DNA of 64,000 nt from Neoconidiobolus thromboides FSU 785. Lineage: Eukaryota > Fungi > Entomophthoromycota. The number at the start of each line of letters is the position of its first letter. The stretch's first letter is position 1. The translations under genes and the position numbers were made by a program. Below are positions 24,364 through 36,265 of the stretch, piece by piece. The notes below the pieces were generated by a model. That model worked only from the letters and a program-made list of their open reading frames with translations, made no database searches and was not told the DNA's origin. The stretch is from assembly GCA_025603075.1 (NCBI GenBank), contig MU626324.1, forward strand, positions 40,611 through 104,610. Reading direction: 5' to 3'.

Positions 24364-25106
24364 TTAATAAACATATATCCTTGATGCAATATCCAATATT
24401 AACCAATCAATCCCTTCAAATAGATTTTGTCCTGTCAATGCGCTACATGGTAATACTTTCCAATGATGATTATCAATATTATCTAATTCTAAGTACTAAA
24501 TAATATTAAAAATATACCCATGCATATATATATAAATACTACCTTAGATATCTCTTGACAAGATAAAGCCCCTGAAATATCTTGTTTATTTGCCAATATT
24601 AGTATTGTTATTCCACTTAATTTCTATATACAGAATAAGATAAAAATTATTAAAAAATAATGAATTTACTTCTTGATCTAATAATTTATTTAACTCTATT
24701 CTGGTGTCAATTAACCTATCTTTATCTGAAGCATCGACTACCCATATTAACCCTTCTGTACCTTCAAAATAATTTTTCCAGTAACTTCTTAGTGATACTT
24801 GTCCTCCAACGTCCCAAAAGTTTAACTTATATCTTCAATATATTATATCTAACATTAATGAATTAAAATACCACGATCTTACTCTTTGTGACTTAAGCTT
24901 AAAATATTAAAACCTAATGTTGGACTAATACTATCAATCGGTTCCCCATTTAACTTTTTTAATATGCTTGTTTTTCCTGCGTTATCTAAACCGCTATATA
25001 AAGAATAAACATAAACTTAATACATATAATAAATAATTTACAGTACTAATATTCGCATCTCCTTTTCTTTACTTCTTATCTTCTTCAATAATGTTAGCAT
25101 ACCCAT
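24364..25106 (-). CDS. ARL2: ARF-like GTPase Arl2; multi-exon
   Basis: [81 protein letters not shown]. Confidence 0.9.
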
Positions 25107-25179
25107 GTTATTTAATTAATATTAAAAGCTAACATTTCGATTTATTATTTTTTTAATTATACTATTTTGTTTTAATTGG

Positions 25180-25280
25180 ATATGGGGATGTATTTTTTTG
25201 TTTAAAAATTTTACTGGTAGCCTTTACACTTAAATGATGCTTAAAAGTGGAAAAATGGTGAAATTAAAAAACACTCATAT
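25180..25280 (+). mobile_element. Family-1 MITE-like element, copy 7
   Basis: ATATGGGGATGTATTTTTTTG...GCTTAAAAGTGGAAAAATGGTGAAA...ACACTCATAT; starts 74 bp upstream of the ARL2 ATG. Confidence 0.8.
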
Positions 25281-26869
25281 GGAAATTTACAAAATTTGTG
25301 TTTGTTAATAACCAAAATGACGATTAAGGAAACGTATATCTTATAATAATAATGATACTTTAAGTTGGAGTATATCAGTAAAATATTAATCAACTACAAA
25401 GTATGTTAGTATAATGACTAATGAATAGTGGAATAAAACCCCCCTATAATATCAGCTAGTTTCATATTAGCTGATTGCTATAGTGAACTAAGACTATTTA
25501 ATTATAAAAAGCTTCAAGGTTCAAGATGAGATCACCTTCTTATAAATGATTCGCTGATGCACTTCTCTCTTTTCACACTTTCGATCAAACTCTTATTATG
25601 AAACTTATTTATGAGGGATTTGATTTTATAGCATTAAACTTTCTGACATAAATGAACCTATGTCTCACCTGTATCTTCATACGTTTTCTTTACCTAAGCT
25701 AATTTATGAAAATCTGGATTGAAATATGGGGGTGTGATCTTTTTAGAACTAAATAGGATAGAATATCAGCAAGCACCTCCTCAGATTCAGTTAATTTCCT
25801 TATTTAGTCTACTTCTTCCAACTTCGTTCCCTTTCTAGCTTTATGATCTAAATAAAACAATTAAGAGCTTTGCTCTTTAAAGCTATATCTATAAAAATCT
25901 GAAAGGAGTTTATTGTAATTTTATATTGTAATATAGAGGTTTTTTATATATCAAAATAACAGCAATAGTAATAACCGCTATCAATGACAATAAGGATATG
26001 TCACTTTCTTATAGAGTTCTATTAGTCCAAAATTGTATATATAATCCAGTATTTTAATAGAATTTTAATATTTTTACAAAAATTATAAGACATAAAAGTT
26101 GCACATAGTACTATTTGGATTTTGTCATACTATCATATTATATGAATATATATAAAGTATAGATGGCTAATGGCAGCTTTCCTGTTGCATCTACAAGAAA
26201 TCCTCGATAAAGATGGAAAAGTCAACTTTACGATGATTGTAAAAAGACATCTCTTTGATTCAGTTGGACAATCCCATGTTCTCCGCAGCAAGTAGACCCA
26301 TGGAACAGTTATTATCTTCCAGTCTCTAATTTCATATCCAACTTAGCTTAAACCACTGTCTCCATTTGAGACTAAGACTCTTTATCAGGATTTTAGTAAT
26401 CTAAAGTGAAATCCTTGCTTAATTTGGTGTCCCCCATCATATATATTAGGCAAGGAGTACTGAGTAGGCGCGCTGATACGGTTTATATTGAAGTAATAGT
26501 AAGGAAGTTAGCTAAAAACTTATTGCTTAAGCTAAAGGCTTTTTTATGCTAGATTCTCCTCATAAATATCGTATTTTCTAGTTCCAAGAGGGTCTTTCAT
26601 TTACGCTTAAATATAAAGATTCTTAACTTAGTTAATATTAAAAAGACATGGTTACATATCTTCATTGCTTAGGCTGCAATTATTAAATTGATACTTTACA
26701 AATAAAATGACGTCGCATTCAATTTTATTGCCAAAATTGGATTTTTTACTACACAGCTACTTTATCACCAATTTAAAAAACAGTGCTTCTAATATTACTA
26801 ATTCAAGAGCTTTATAAATTATAGTAATATCATATAAATTCTGATCTTCCTTAGTATTTTTAATTTGGA

Positions 26870-28216
26870 ATGCGACTAAAATTCGATGATTTACCAGTTT
26901 TACTACTAGAAGAAGTGTTCGAATGTCTGAATCCAATTGAGTTATTTGACATTCAATATTTAAACAGATATTTATATCAAGTTATCAATAAAGTCATCAA
27001 CTACAACTCCATCTATTCAATGTATGACAATACTATTTATGGACTCTACCAAGAAAGGTTCATCAAAGAAAATGGGAAGTTAATTAGACACTTAAATTTA
27101 AGTGAGAAGAAACTAGAATTGATTAACTATTGTCCTAATCTAACTTCTATAAAGTTTGGTGAGTTTATCCGCAGTGACTATGATGGGGATTACAATTGTA
27201 AGATTACTATGAAGTTACCAAAATTGAAAAAGCTGATATTATCGACTTATGTAAATTCCATTAAATTATTAGGATTATTCAGTTGTTGTTTGGACCAAAT
27301 TGAGTTCATTGAGGTGAATGAGTTTAGTAAATATGATGGAGAAGTTAAAAAGGTAATTAAATATTTCAACGCGGATGTAGTGAAAAAAATTGAGCTATAC
27401 TATGGTGGTAACTTAAGTCTCGATGGCCTCGACACAATCAAAGCCAAATTTACAAAATTGAAAATGCTGCGTTTATTAGCTAACAATAATGTTTTTAATT
27501 CTACAAAACTTGATCCAGCCATAAGCTTTGTTTCTCATTTAAAGTTAGAAATAGAAGGCAATCTAACCGTGAATTTTGATATCAATAGCCTTGGTAACTT
27601 ACAAAATTTAAGAAGTTTAAAGTTGTTGGATAATTCAGGTAGTCAATTTAATAAAAATAAAAAAAACAGCAATAACATAACATTCATTGAAAGCAAAAAT
27701 ATTACTGTTTCAGGATATTTGGATTTTAAAGTCGCAATGTTTTATGATATGGCTACATTATCTGGTTTAAGGGAACTACGCATTAATAATATATCATCAA
27801 AGCTATTTAATATCATTCCATTATTGCCAAATATCCAACAGCTTGATATTAAAGCCTTAGAAGTTAATGTTAAAAAAACGTTTCGCAAGCTTGATTCAAA
27901 AGGCAATAACATTTATAGATCAAACTATAAGCATCATTTATTAAATGAGAATAGCCGACTTAAATGTAAGTTTATAAAACAAATTAAAATTAACTTCTCG
28001 CACCTGTTTTTGGATGACTTTATCTGTTTTATATCTTTTTTTCCAAACCTTGAGATACTCAAAGTTGTAAATTTTAATTTAAAAGGCATAAAATCAGCTA
28101 TTGAGTATAAACTTAGTACTCCATTGTTGCTTATTGCTCCAATACCGTATGTTATAGACTCAACGCCTTATATTGCGTTAGAAAAGATGCCACTGCTCGA
28201 TTGGATAAAGATTTGA
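26870..28216 (+). CDS. F-box/LRR-like protein, 448 aa, intronless
   Basis: N-terminal F-box-like DDLPVLLLEEVFECLNPIELFDIQYLNRYLY, followed by LRR-like units (CPNLTSIKF, LPKLKKLIL, LQNLRSLKL, LPNIQQLDI, FPNLEILKV). Confidence 0.7.
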   Translation: MRLKFDDLPVLLLEEVFECLNPIELFDIQYLNRYLYQVINKVINYNSIYSMYDNTIYGLYQERFIKENGKLIRHLNLSEKKLELINYCPNLTSIKFGEFIRSDYDGDYNCKITMKLPKLKKLILSTYVNSIKLLGLFSCCLDQIEFIEVNEFSKYDGEVKKVIKYFNADVVKKIELYYGGNLSLDGLDTIKAKFTKLKMLRLLANNNVFNSTKLDPAISFVSHLKLEIEGNLTVNFDINSLGNLQNLRSLKLLDNSGSQFNKNKKNSNNITFIESKNITVSGYLDFKVAMFYDMATLSGLRELRINNISSKLFNIIPLLPNIQQLDIKALEVNVKKTFRKLDSKGNNIYRSNYKHHLLNENSRLKCKFIKQIKINFSHLFLDDFICFISFFPNLEILKVVNFNLKGIKSAIEYKLSTPLLLIAPIPYVIDSTPYIALEKMPLLDWIKI

Positions 28217-28334
28217 GTCATTGGTAAATAAATTTATAAACATAATATTTGAATTCGTAATAGCTACGTCTGTATTGGATTGTAATATTTTTTATTTTAA
28301 ATCAATACTTATTGGTACATCTAATTATAAAAGA

Positions 28335-28440
28335 ATATAGTGATGTTTTTTTGATTTCATCACTTTTTCTATCTTTTAAGTGCTATTTGAGCAGAAAGAT
28401 TGTTAATAAAATTCTTAAATAAAAAAATACATCCCAATAT
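28335..28440 (-). mobile_element. Family-1 MITE-like element, copy 8
   Basis: ATATAGTGATGTTTTTT...TAAGTGCTATTTGAGCAGAAAG...ATACATCCCAATAT. Confidence 0.8.
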
Positions 28441-28817
28441 ACTTTAGGTTCAATTATTAACAACTTTCACAAAAATTTAGACAAATATCCATTCAAAAAA
28501 TATAACTAAAATAATTCATTTAAATCCACTAATTTGTCCTTTTCCAACAAAATATCATAAGCAATCTAACTATATTAATATAATGTATAAAACTTACAAA
28601 AAGCACATTAATCATTTTTCTACCCTTTAAAATTTATGAACATTCATACTTAAAAAATACTGATTCAAATTTTGCACTATTTTTATTTAATTTTGCTTAT
28701 TTATTTTATTTGATATTACTTAAATAATTTTATCTATTAAGTTTGAAAGGTTTCATTTAATCTTCCCTAAAATAAATTGTTAACATCATAAAAATAGTAT
28801 ATTAAATACTAGAAAAC

Positions 28818-30176
28818 TTACTTTAAAAGATCAAGCGGCAAAGCCCGAATCTCCTGATGTTTTCTTTTATACTCCTTAATCAATTCAAATAATGCATCTA
28901 AATTAATTTGATTCAACTTTTGATTGTTGTATATAAATTCATTTTTTTCGTCAAAAGAAGGTAAATATTTCAACAATGCAAGTTCTTCTTGAATCTGCCA
29001 CTTAATTTGCATAATACTTTTATATAATTCAATATGTTCAAAATGCAATCTATCAAAATCCCTCTTCAATTCTTCTTTATCAATGAAGCTCTTGTTTAAC
29101 GTTGGAGTTGAATGATTAACTGGTGAAGGAGCAACTTCAACATTTTTGGCTCTTGTTCCATTCTCGTTAGTGTTATTAATATTGATAGTCTGCTTATTAT
29201 TCTTTATATAATCTTTGACTGACATTATACTTTCTTCAACTGCTAGCTCAGTATTAATATTGATGTTTTCATTTATAATAGAAGCCTGAGGCTCATAAAT
29301 AGGACTGTGAGCTGAAAATGGTCTATTCCTTGGGATGTTAGTTTCAATTTGTCGACTATTAATTGAAGTTTCATCATTAGTATTATACATTGTCCTATTT
29401 GTACTTAAAGCCTCTTGAGTTTCACCTGTGCCATGCAAAAAACAAGTTAGATGCTTAAAATATTCAGAATTTGGTATAATGGCTTGTTCTCCAAGAGCAC
29501 TAAAGCAATTCGTAGCTGCCATTTTTCTATCTGAAGGCGAATAATTAAACCAATTAATAACATCTACTTGTCTATAATATTCATCTTTTAATAGCCATAC
29601 ATTATTTTGTTTTCTTGCAACTTCATTCAAGATAGATTTGAGTCTTTGTCTTGGTATAGGTATACTTTCAACTAAAGTATCAATGGTAGCTGGTGTAAGT
29701 GCTAAACTATGAATAACTTTTCGCCTAAAATCCTCTAATTCCTCTTCAATAGATGGACTTGGCTCTCTTCTTAATCTAGACCTTTGATTTGTATCATGGG
29801 TAATTATTGGTTGATTATTATGACTTATACCATGGGCAGTCACCGATAAATTATTATGTTTTGTCCTTTTATTATTATTATTGGGATTTCTTACAACTAA
29901 ATCTTGACGAACAATATAAGTTGGTAATTCTGGTTTATAAAATGCCGCTTCATTATTACCATGAATAAATAAGTTACTGTTTTTTACTGGTCTACGACGT
30001 TGAATTTTATAGACTATATTATCTACCATAAACTCTAAATTAGCTTCATTTAATTTCGCTGTTTTGCCATCATTTCTTATATCATCAAGTAATTTTTCGG
30101 GTATTATTAATTTATAACGCTCCTTTTCCTTTTCTCTATTACTTTCTTTAGTTACCCTTGCAACATACTGTTCCAT
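28818..30176 (-). CDS. ELL-like RNA polymerase II elongation factor, intronless
   Basis: Central RRKVIHSLALTP...LKSILNEVARK..NVWLLKDEYYRQVDVINWFNYSPSDRK resembles the ELL winged-helix region. C-terminal EELKRDFDRLHFEHIELY...EYKRKHQEI resembles the occludin/ELL domain. Confidence 0.65.
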   Translation of the reverse strand: MEQYVARVTKESNREKEKERYKLIIPEKLLDDIRNDGKTAKLNEANLEFMVDNIVYKIQRRRPVKNSNLFIHGNNEAAFYKPELPTYIVRQDLVVRNPNNNNKRTKHNNLSVTAHGISHNNQPIITHDTNQRSRLRREPSPSIEEELEDFRRKVIHSLALTPATIDTLVESIPIPRQRLKSILNEVARKQNNVWLLKDEYYRQVDVINWFNYSPSDRKMAATNCFSALGEQAIIPNSEYFKHLTCFLHGTGETQEALSTNRTMYNTNDETSINSRQIETNIPRNRPFSAHSPIYEPQASIINENININTELAVEESIMSVKDYIKNNKQTININNTNENGTRAKNVEVAPSPVNHSTPTLNKSFIDKEELKRDFDRLHFEHIELYKSIMQIKWQIQEELALLKYLPSFDEKNEFIYNNQKLNQINLDALFELIKEYKRKHQEIRALPLDLLK

Positions 30177-30283
30177 CTTTTACTACCCTTTGTTTTTATC
30201 AATTGAGATTTTATAAAAAATTTATGAAAATGTTTAATCTTATTTCTTTAGTTATTTCTTTAAACTCGAGTGCAGTTTTTTTC

Positions 30284-30292
30284 AACCAATCA
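30284..30292 (+). promoter_or_regulatory. CCAAT box (AACCAATCA) upstream of the ELL-like gene
   Basis: NF-Y-type match ~110 bp upstream of the ATG. Confidence 0.3.
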
Positions 30293-30328
30293 ACTCTTCA
30301 TTTAGATTTCTGAGTGATAAATACTTTG

Positions 30329-30433
30329 ATATGGGAGTGTTTTTTTTGGCTTCATTACTTTTTCCATTTTTAAACACTATTTGAGTGGAAAAATTGTTAG
30401 TAAATTCTTAAACATAAAAATACATCCCCATAT
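30329..30433 (-). mobile_element. Family-1 MITE-like element, copy 9
   Basis: ATATGGGAGTGTTTTTT...CACTATTTGAGTGGAAAAATTGTTAGTAAA...ATACATCCCCATAT. Confidence 0.85.
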
Positions 30434-30596
30434 GGTAATTATCAATTAGTAGTTAAACGTCACAGAGTTAATACATATGACAATATGAGTTATCAATCGG
30501 CATAAATTACCCTCCCCTTTTTAAACTCAAAACAAGTAACATAGCGGTCCAAAATTTTATAGAAAAATTAAACTATTTTCATATCATTTTATTATA

Positions 30597-30785
30597 GGGT
30601 TGATGATGTGCTAATGATATGCTAATGATAAATTTGAACAGTTATAGTTATAGTAAAAATAAGTTTGAAGTATATATATACTCCATAAACAAGTAATGAA
30701 ATTTCTGCTAATTCTTGAGGCGATTGAGTTTTTATATTTAAAACTATAGCTACTTTCTAAAGCTTTATAAATATCTCATCAACCC
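30597..30785. mobile_element. Candidate family-3 MITE, 189 bp (GGGTTGATGA...TCATCAACCC) flanked by TATA
   Basis: Perfect 15-bp inverted repeat at 30592-30606 and 30776-30790; TATA on both sides of the GGG/CCC ends. One copy seen. Confidence 0.4.
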
Positions 30786-32506
30786 TATAAAACCTTTGAG
30801 ATTATTAACATTTTAGTCATCAATACAATGTTGAAAAAGCTGCAAATATAGGCCCTAGTATTATGCTCATAGTATTAAACTTGTAGTATGAGTAGTTAAA
30901 AATCTCTATTTAAAATAAAGGATAATTTAGTATACTTTGATTTTAATAAGTGAGTTAGTTATTATAAATTATATTTTAGCATAAAGTTGGTTTAAACTTG
31001 TAATTATAAAATAATATCGAGAAAGTACAAAACTGTTGTTTATTTTATTATAAAAATTAATGATATAGAGATATAAAGGTAGTTAATATCTGAACAATTA
31101 TAAAAGTATCTTTTATCTTATTAAGAATTCAAATAATCATAACAAACTAATACACTTTTAAATTTGTATTTAATTTCAAGTTTAATATATCATTTTCAAT
31201 AAATGAATTATTATAAAGCAGTACGATAATAATTGAAAATGTCTAAATAAAGTTATAACTTTAACTATTCCATATATTTAGGATACATTAATATTAATAA
31301 GTGCTAACTGAATAAATTAAATTTACTTAATAAAATCCGATTTATTAATATACATAAATCATTGACATTTTATAATACCGTAATCTAACAAGTGATAAAT
31401 TTATTTTGATTACAACAGTAAAACAGAGAATTTACTTTAATGTAAATTTTTAGAAAAAACTCATGAAGGAACCTATAGACTCTCAAATATTTTTATTTAT
31501 GGATAAAAATCATTAATGTGAGAATATGACACGAAGAGTAGAAGATGATTGATATGAAAGGTGCACTATAAGCACTTACATTTTTGATAGATGTTTAATA
31601 TAAGTAGCTTTTCTTGTCAGATTCTAGGCAAGAAAAATCATTTAAAGTCTTTCATTCTAATTGTTGATTAATTTAACTTCAACTAAATAACAGTTTGTAG
31701 ATGTCACTTATACAACAATTGTTAATTAAATTCAAGTTAAATTTATACAGCTATAATATTTTTTATAGCTTACAATAAAGTTATTATAAAACATTTGAAA
31801 TTACTTAATGGTTTTTTATGATAAGTATTTGATGAATTTGATATTATCTATACTTACAATACATGTGGTGCAGCTCTATTACGACCTTAGCTATGGTAAT
31901 TTCTAGAGCCAACTATTTGTTTGTTGGGCTTTAGCTTGATTTAAGTAAAATCTTATCCTTAAAAAAATTACAGGTGATAAAAGTTACGCCTGCTGTAACT
32001 CTGTTTCAACCTATTTATTTATGAATTTTGAGGTAATGAATGCCAAGTGTTTTCATAATTACCTTTTACATTTTTAAAGTAAGGTGGGGTGTAGTTTTAA
32101 AAATTAATAGAATTTGAAATCTTCACCTACACTTAAAATGACAATTAATGAAACCTATATTTTATGATGATAGGTAAGTTTTATATTGAAATGCAATAAG
32201 GTGATAAATTATAACAAAATAGCATTATTTTAATGTGTATAATGAATCAATGAAATGTTTATTTTTTATTGACTAGTTTTATTTTAGCCAGATTGCTATA
32301 ATAAGCAAAGATTTTTTTATAAGTTAAAAAATAGAATGAAACAAATCGAATGATTAAGTGAAAAGGGTGGTTTTAAATCAGGCTGCTGATCTTCCAATTT
32401 AAGAAAAAGTTGTGCCAAAACTTAAGAGCTTAACTTATTTTTAAAAATAAAATCCGCGATTTTATTGATTTTTTTCAACTTTTGTTTGTTCGATAATTAA
32501 ATTGTG

Positions 32507-33670
32507 ATGCGTCCTATTAGTTTTGCTGAAGAAGGTAAACTGGGAAGAAGTTCAGTGCCACATTTGATGCAGGTAAAATTTTACTTCATTGTGTTGGCTT
32601 TTAATACTATATATAGTAGTAAACAAAATTGAAAGAAAAAAGCTAATTGTAAATTGATTTAAATGTACTTGTTAAATCTTTACAGTTTTAAAACAGCATT
32701 ATTGATCATCAAAACAGAATGTTAATTATTTTATTTTAGGAACATAATTGGGATTGTGGTAAATAACAGATTTATCTTTAAAAAATACATAACTTAAAAT
32801 TTGATAAAGGTCTTGCATGTGTTGGGATGGTATTGAGGTAAGAACATAATGAGTAACAATTGAATAAATTATTAATATCTTATTAGAGCTTTAGGGGGGT
32901 ATACTGTTACATTACCCGAATTAGCAAACGAAGTAGCAAGTGAAAATGTTTGGACAATAGATTTATGTTATTTATTAGCTCATCATGCTAGTTGGTGCGA
33001 TTTTACATACTATACAACGTTTTTGGGAGCGAATCCAGATCATTTGAATGATGAGCCATTTTATAAAAATACTTCTGCAACTGAATTGGCCAGAGTGAAT
33101 CAAATGTTTAATTTAGCAAATAGATATAACATTTCAATTTTAAGGATGTAAGTAGATAAAATGCAATTTATACACATGTTATAGTGTTTATGACTTTTTG
33201 TAGTTAGATAAAGCAAATGATACAAAAAACTATTTAAGCATAACGATATTTAATAATTAATTTTAGGTTATTTCCAATAGAAGATTATAAACGATTTTTG
33301 GTTCACCGAAAGTTTGCTATTATTGCTTTAGTAAATGCAGAGCTATTAAAATGCAGTCACTGTGAGCAACAGAAGGATACAGGAAGGTGGGGATGGGTTC
33401 AAGAAATGTTTTGTTTTACACCATGTAAAATGAATATTAAACTTAGAAGGAGAGAGTATGTCGGACACTTTATTGTTTTAATTGGATATGAGCCAGAAAC
33501 AGATAGTTTTATCTATAGGGATCCAGCAGCCTCAGCACACTTTTGTATGATATCTGCAGAAGACTTTGATTTATCAAGACAATCAAATGGGACTGATAAT
33601 GACTGGTAAGTTTTATTTTTAGTTGTTTAATGAATATTACTTATTATTTAGTATTGTAATCAAACTTTAA
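32507..33670 (+). CDS. GUCD1: GUCD1 (guanylyl cyclase domain-containing 1 / C39-like peptidase fold) protein; multi-exon
   Basis: Spliced VPHLMQ|EHNWDCG|LACVGMVL, VWTIDLCYLL, IIALVNAELLKC, YVGHFIVLIGY, FIYRDP, GTDND|CIVIKL*. Confidence 0.8.
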
Positions 33671-33957
33671 TGCGCGTAATGGAGCTTATTTAACATCTTT
33701 ATTTTAAACCTTTTATTCTTTTAAATTATTTACAAAGATTGATTAATGTAACACGTCTAGATCATCATGTGACTTTAATCATCCCACCTATATCATAAGC
33801 AAGGTTTTTAATATCTTTCATCTTATCTTTTATTTAGTTTTGAATTCTTATTTATCATATAATCAAGTAATAAACTTCAGGTATAATTAAACCTAATATT
33901 TATTATTTTTCTAGTGAAATAATTAACAAATCCTGATTTAAACTTACATTTCAAACT

Positions 33958-34061
33958 ATATAGGGATATATTTTTTTGTTTAAAATTTTACTAACAATCT
34001 TTTCACTTAAATAGTACTTAAAAAATAGAAAAGTAATGAAACCAAAAAAACACCCCCATAT
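33958..34061 (+). mobile_element. Family-1 MITE-like element, copy 10
   Basis: ATATAGGGATATATTTTT...TTTTCACTTAAATAGTACTTAA...AAAACACCCCCATAT. Confidence 0.8.
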
Positions 34062-34322
34062 AATCTATTTAAATTAAAAAATGGGAATAGTTATAAAGAA
34101 TGTTAATTTACAAGCCATGTAAACAATATTACTCATCAATTTAAAAAGAATATTGTAATGAAAAAACATAAAATTTACATGTAATTTTATAATATATTAT
34201 GAGCTGATAATTGAATGAATTTTAAACTTCAAATTCAATCAAATGGGTTATGGTTTAAGGAGGAATTTTCTATATCATTTTCGAAACTATTTATCTAAGC
34301 ATAACAATGATATTTCATTGAC

Positions 34323-34426
34323 GTATAGGGATTTTTTTTAGTTTCATCACTTCTTCCATCCTTAAGTGCTATATAAGTGGAAAGATTGTTAGTAAAATTC
34401 TTAAACAAAAAAAAACACCCCCATAT
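34323..34426 (-). mobile_element. Family-1 MITE-like element, copy 11
   Basis: TATAGGGATTTTTT...TAAGTGCTATATAAGTGGAAAGATTGTTAGTAAAATTCTTAA...ACACCCCCATAT. Confidence 0.8.
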
Positions 34427-35153
34427 GTTATATTTTTAAAATTATTACTAGCACCCTAACACTAATTAGTGTACTTATAACTTGCTTTTGAGTATAAATT
34501 GATTGAAAGATTGAAATCTATTTTATTTAAATGTCAAAAGTAAACTGTTTAATCTAGTGTAAAGTATACTTTTGAACTACTTAGAATTGTTTAAATGCTT
34601 GTTATATATTTTAAAACTGTAAAAACTATTTATTATATAAATAATTTAAAGATATTTAATATAAAAACAACATATGATACTTAAATTAAGGCAATTTTAT
34701 TCATTTAAACCAGATAATTATAATTGAATAATGCCATACGATATAAGGCAATTTCCATGTATTTTATTTATCGTTATTATAAATCAATGCTAATAAGAAA
34801 TGCTTTGAAAAAAGCAAACATTTCAATAATCAATTAAATCTTGTCAAAGTAGATACAAACTTGACGGTTAATCTTGACCTAAAAAAAATTAATCGTGTTG
34901 TATTGCAGAATAGCACCTGATTCAAATAATCCAAATATTGAAATAGCCCTTTTTACAAATGTATTTGACAAAGAGATAGAATACAGCAACAAAAAATTCA
35001 TTCGATATGAACATGACCAATCTTACCTGTATAAATATTGACATTCAATAAATTGTTAATATGCATAAAATACGTATAAGAGTCTATTTCACATCAATGT
35101 ATAAATTATTTTAAATTTATTAGTTTTAGTCACCCAATAACAGTATGTATTGC

Positions 35154-35780
35154 TTAGATAAGAGCTAAATAGAATGTTAGTTAAATTCATAATTAATTAA
35201 TAAATAAAATTACTCTCATAAGGAGTTGGGGTAACGGTGATTGGAGCATTGGCCTTGAGAGAAACGGTACGGGCTTCACGTGGGGCTTCTGGAAGACGTT
35301 TGAGGAGAACAAAAGCTAAAAATATTAGTCTATTCAAAAATAAATAAATAAAAAACCTACTTCCATTAGCCTTAGCTTCAGCTTTCTTGGCAGCGTTTTC
35401 CTTAACACGGTTTAAGAAATCTTCACGGCACTTGGAGTGCTTGATGTGCTCAATACGTACGTTAATACGTTTTTCCATATAACGGTTACCTACACGTTTG
35501 TTGATGATGATACCAACAGCTGATTTGGTAACGTTGTAGATGATACCAGTTTTACTAAAGTTGATATTAGACACTTTTTAAAATATTTTATAATTTAATT
35601 TTACCCATGGTAGTATTTGTGTGGCATACCCTTTTGGACAGCACCGTTAGCTACGATATCAACGATATCTCCAACATTGTAGGTTTTGAGATAAGTTGAA
35701 AGAGCGATAACACCCTTCTCCCTGAAATTACGGGAGAACATAGAACGAGTACGACCACGGATACCGAATGAGTGAGGCAT
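35154..35780 (-). CDS. RPL21: 60S ribosomal protein L21 (eL21); 4 exons
   Basis: [17 protein letters not shown]...[12 protein letters not shown]|[44 protein letters not shown]...; GC-biased codons. Confidence 0.95.
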
Positions 35781-36265
35781 TTCTATATTTAATAGGTTAA
35801 ATTTCAGCTTTTAACGATTGAATATGTTTATCATTTTAGTTTAAAATTGACGTCTCGATTAAGATGTACTAATTGAGCTTGTAAATAATTCTGATAACGC
35901 ACCTGATAACTTTTATGTAATAGTTAAAGGCAGGGTGTCCTGTTTACTAAAAGTAGAAGAGAGCTTTCTACTAATAAATTTGTACCAATAAAAACTTTTT
36001 AAAAAAATTCGATTTTCTACCAATTAAACAGGGGTTTGAAAAAAATTTACTTTTACTCAATTTGTCCCATAAGTTTTTGCACTTGCTTAAATATAGAAAT
36101 TATTTTGTTGGAGTTGAGTTCATATCAATAATTACAATATCTAACAGGCAATATTGATACTTAAATGATCTATATTTTTATTTTCGATTTTTCTAAAATA
36201 CTATCCTTGCTTTATGCTAAGTATACCAAATCAATGTAAAATCCCATTAGTAGCCTGACTTTAAA

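Noticed and set aside
25434-25735. Solo TIR-like words (AAAACCCCCCTATA at ~25435; ATATGGGGGTGT at 25724) as ends of an autonomous element
   Set aside because: They face outward, lack the element body, and enclose no transposase ORF.
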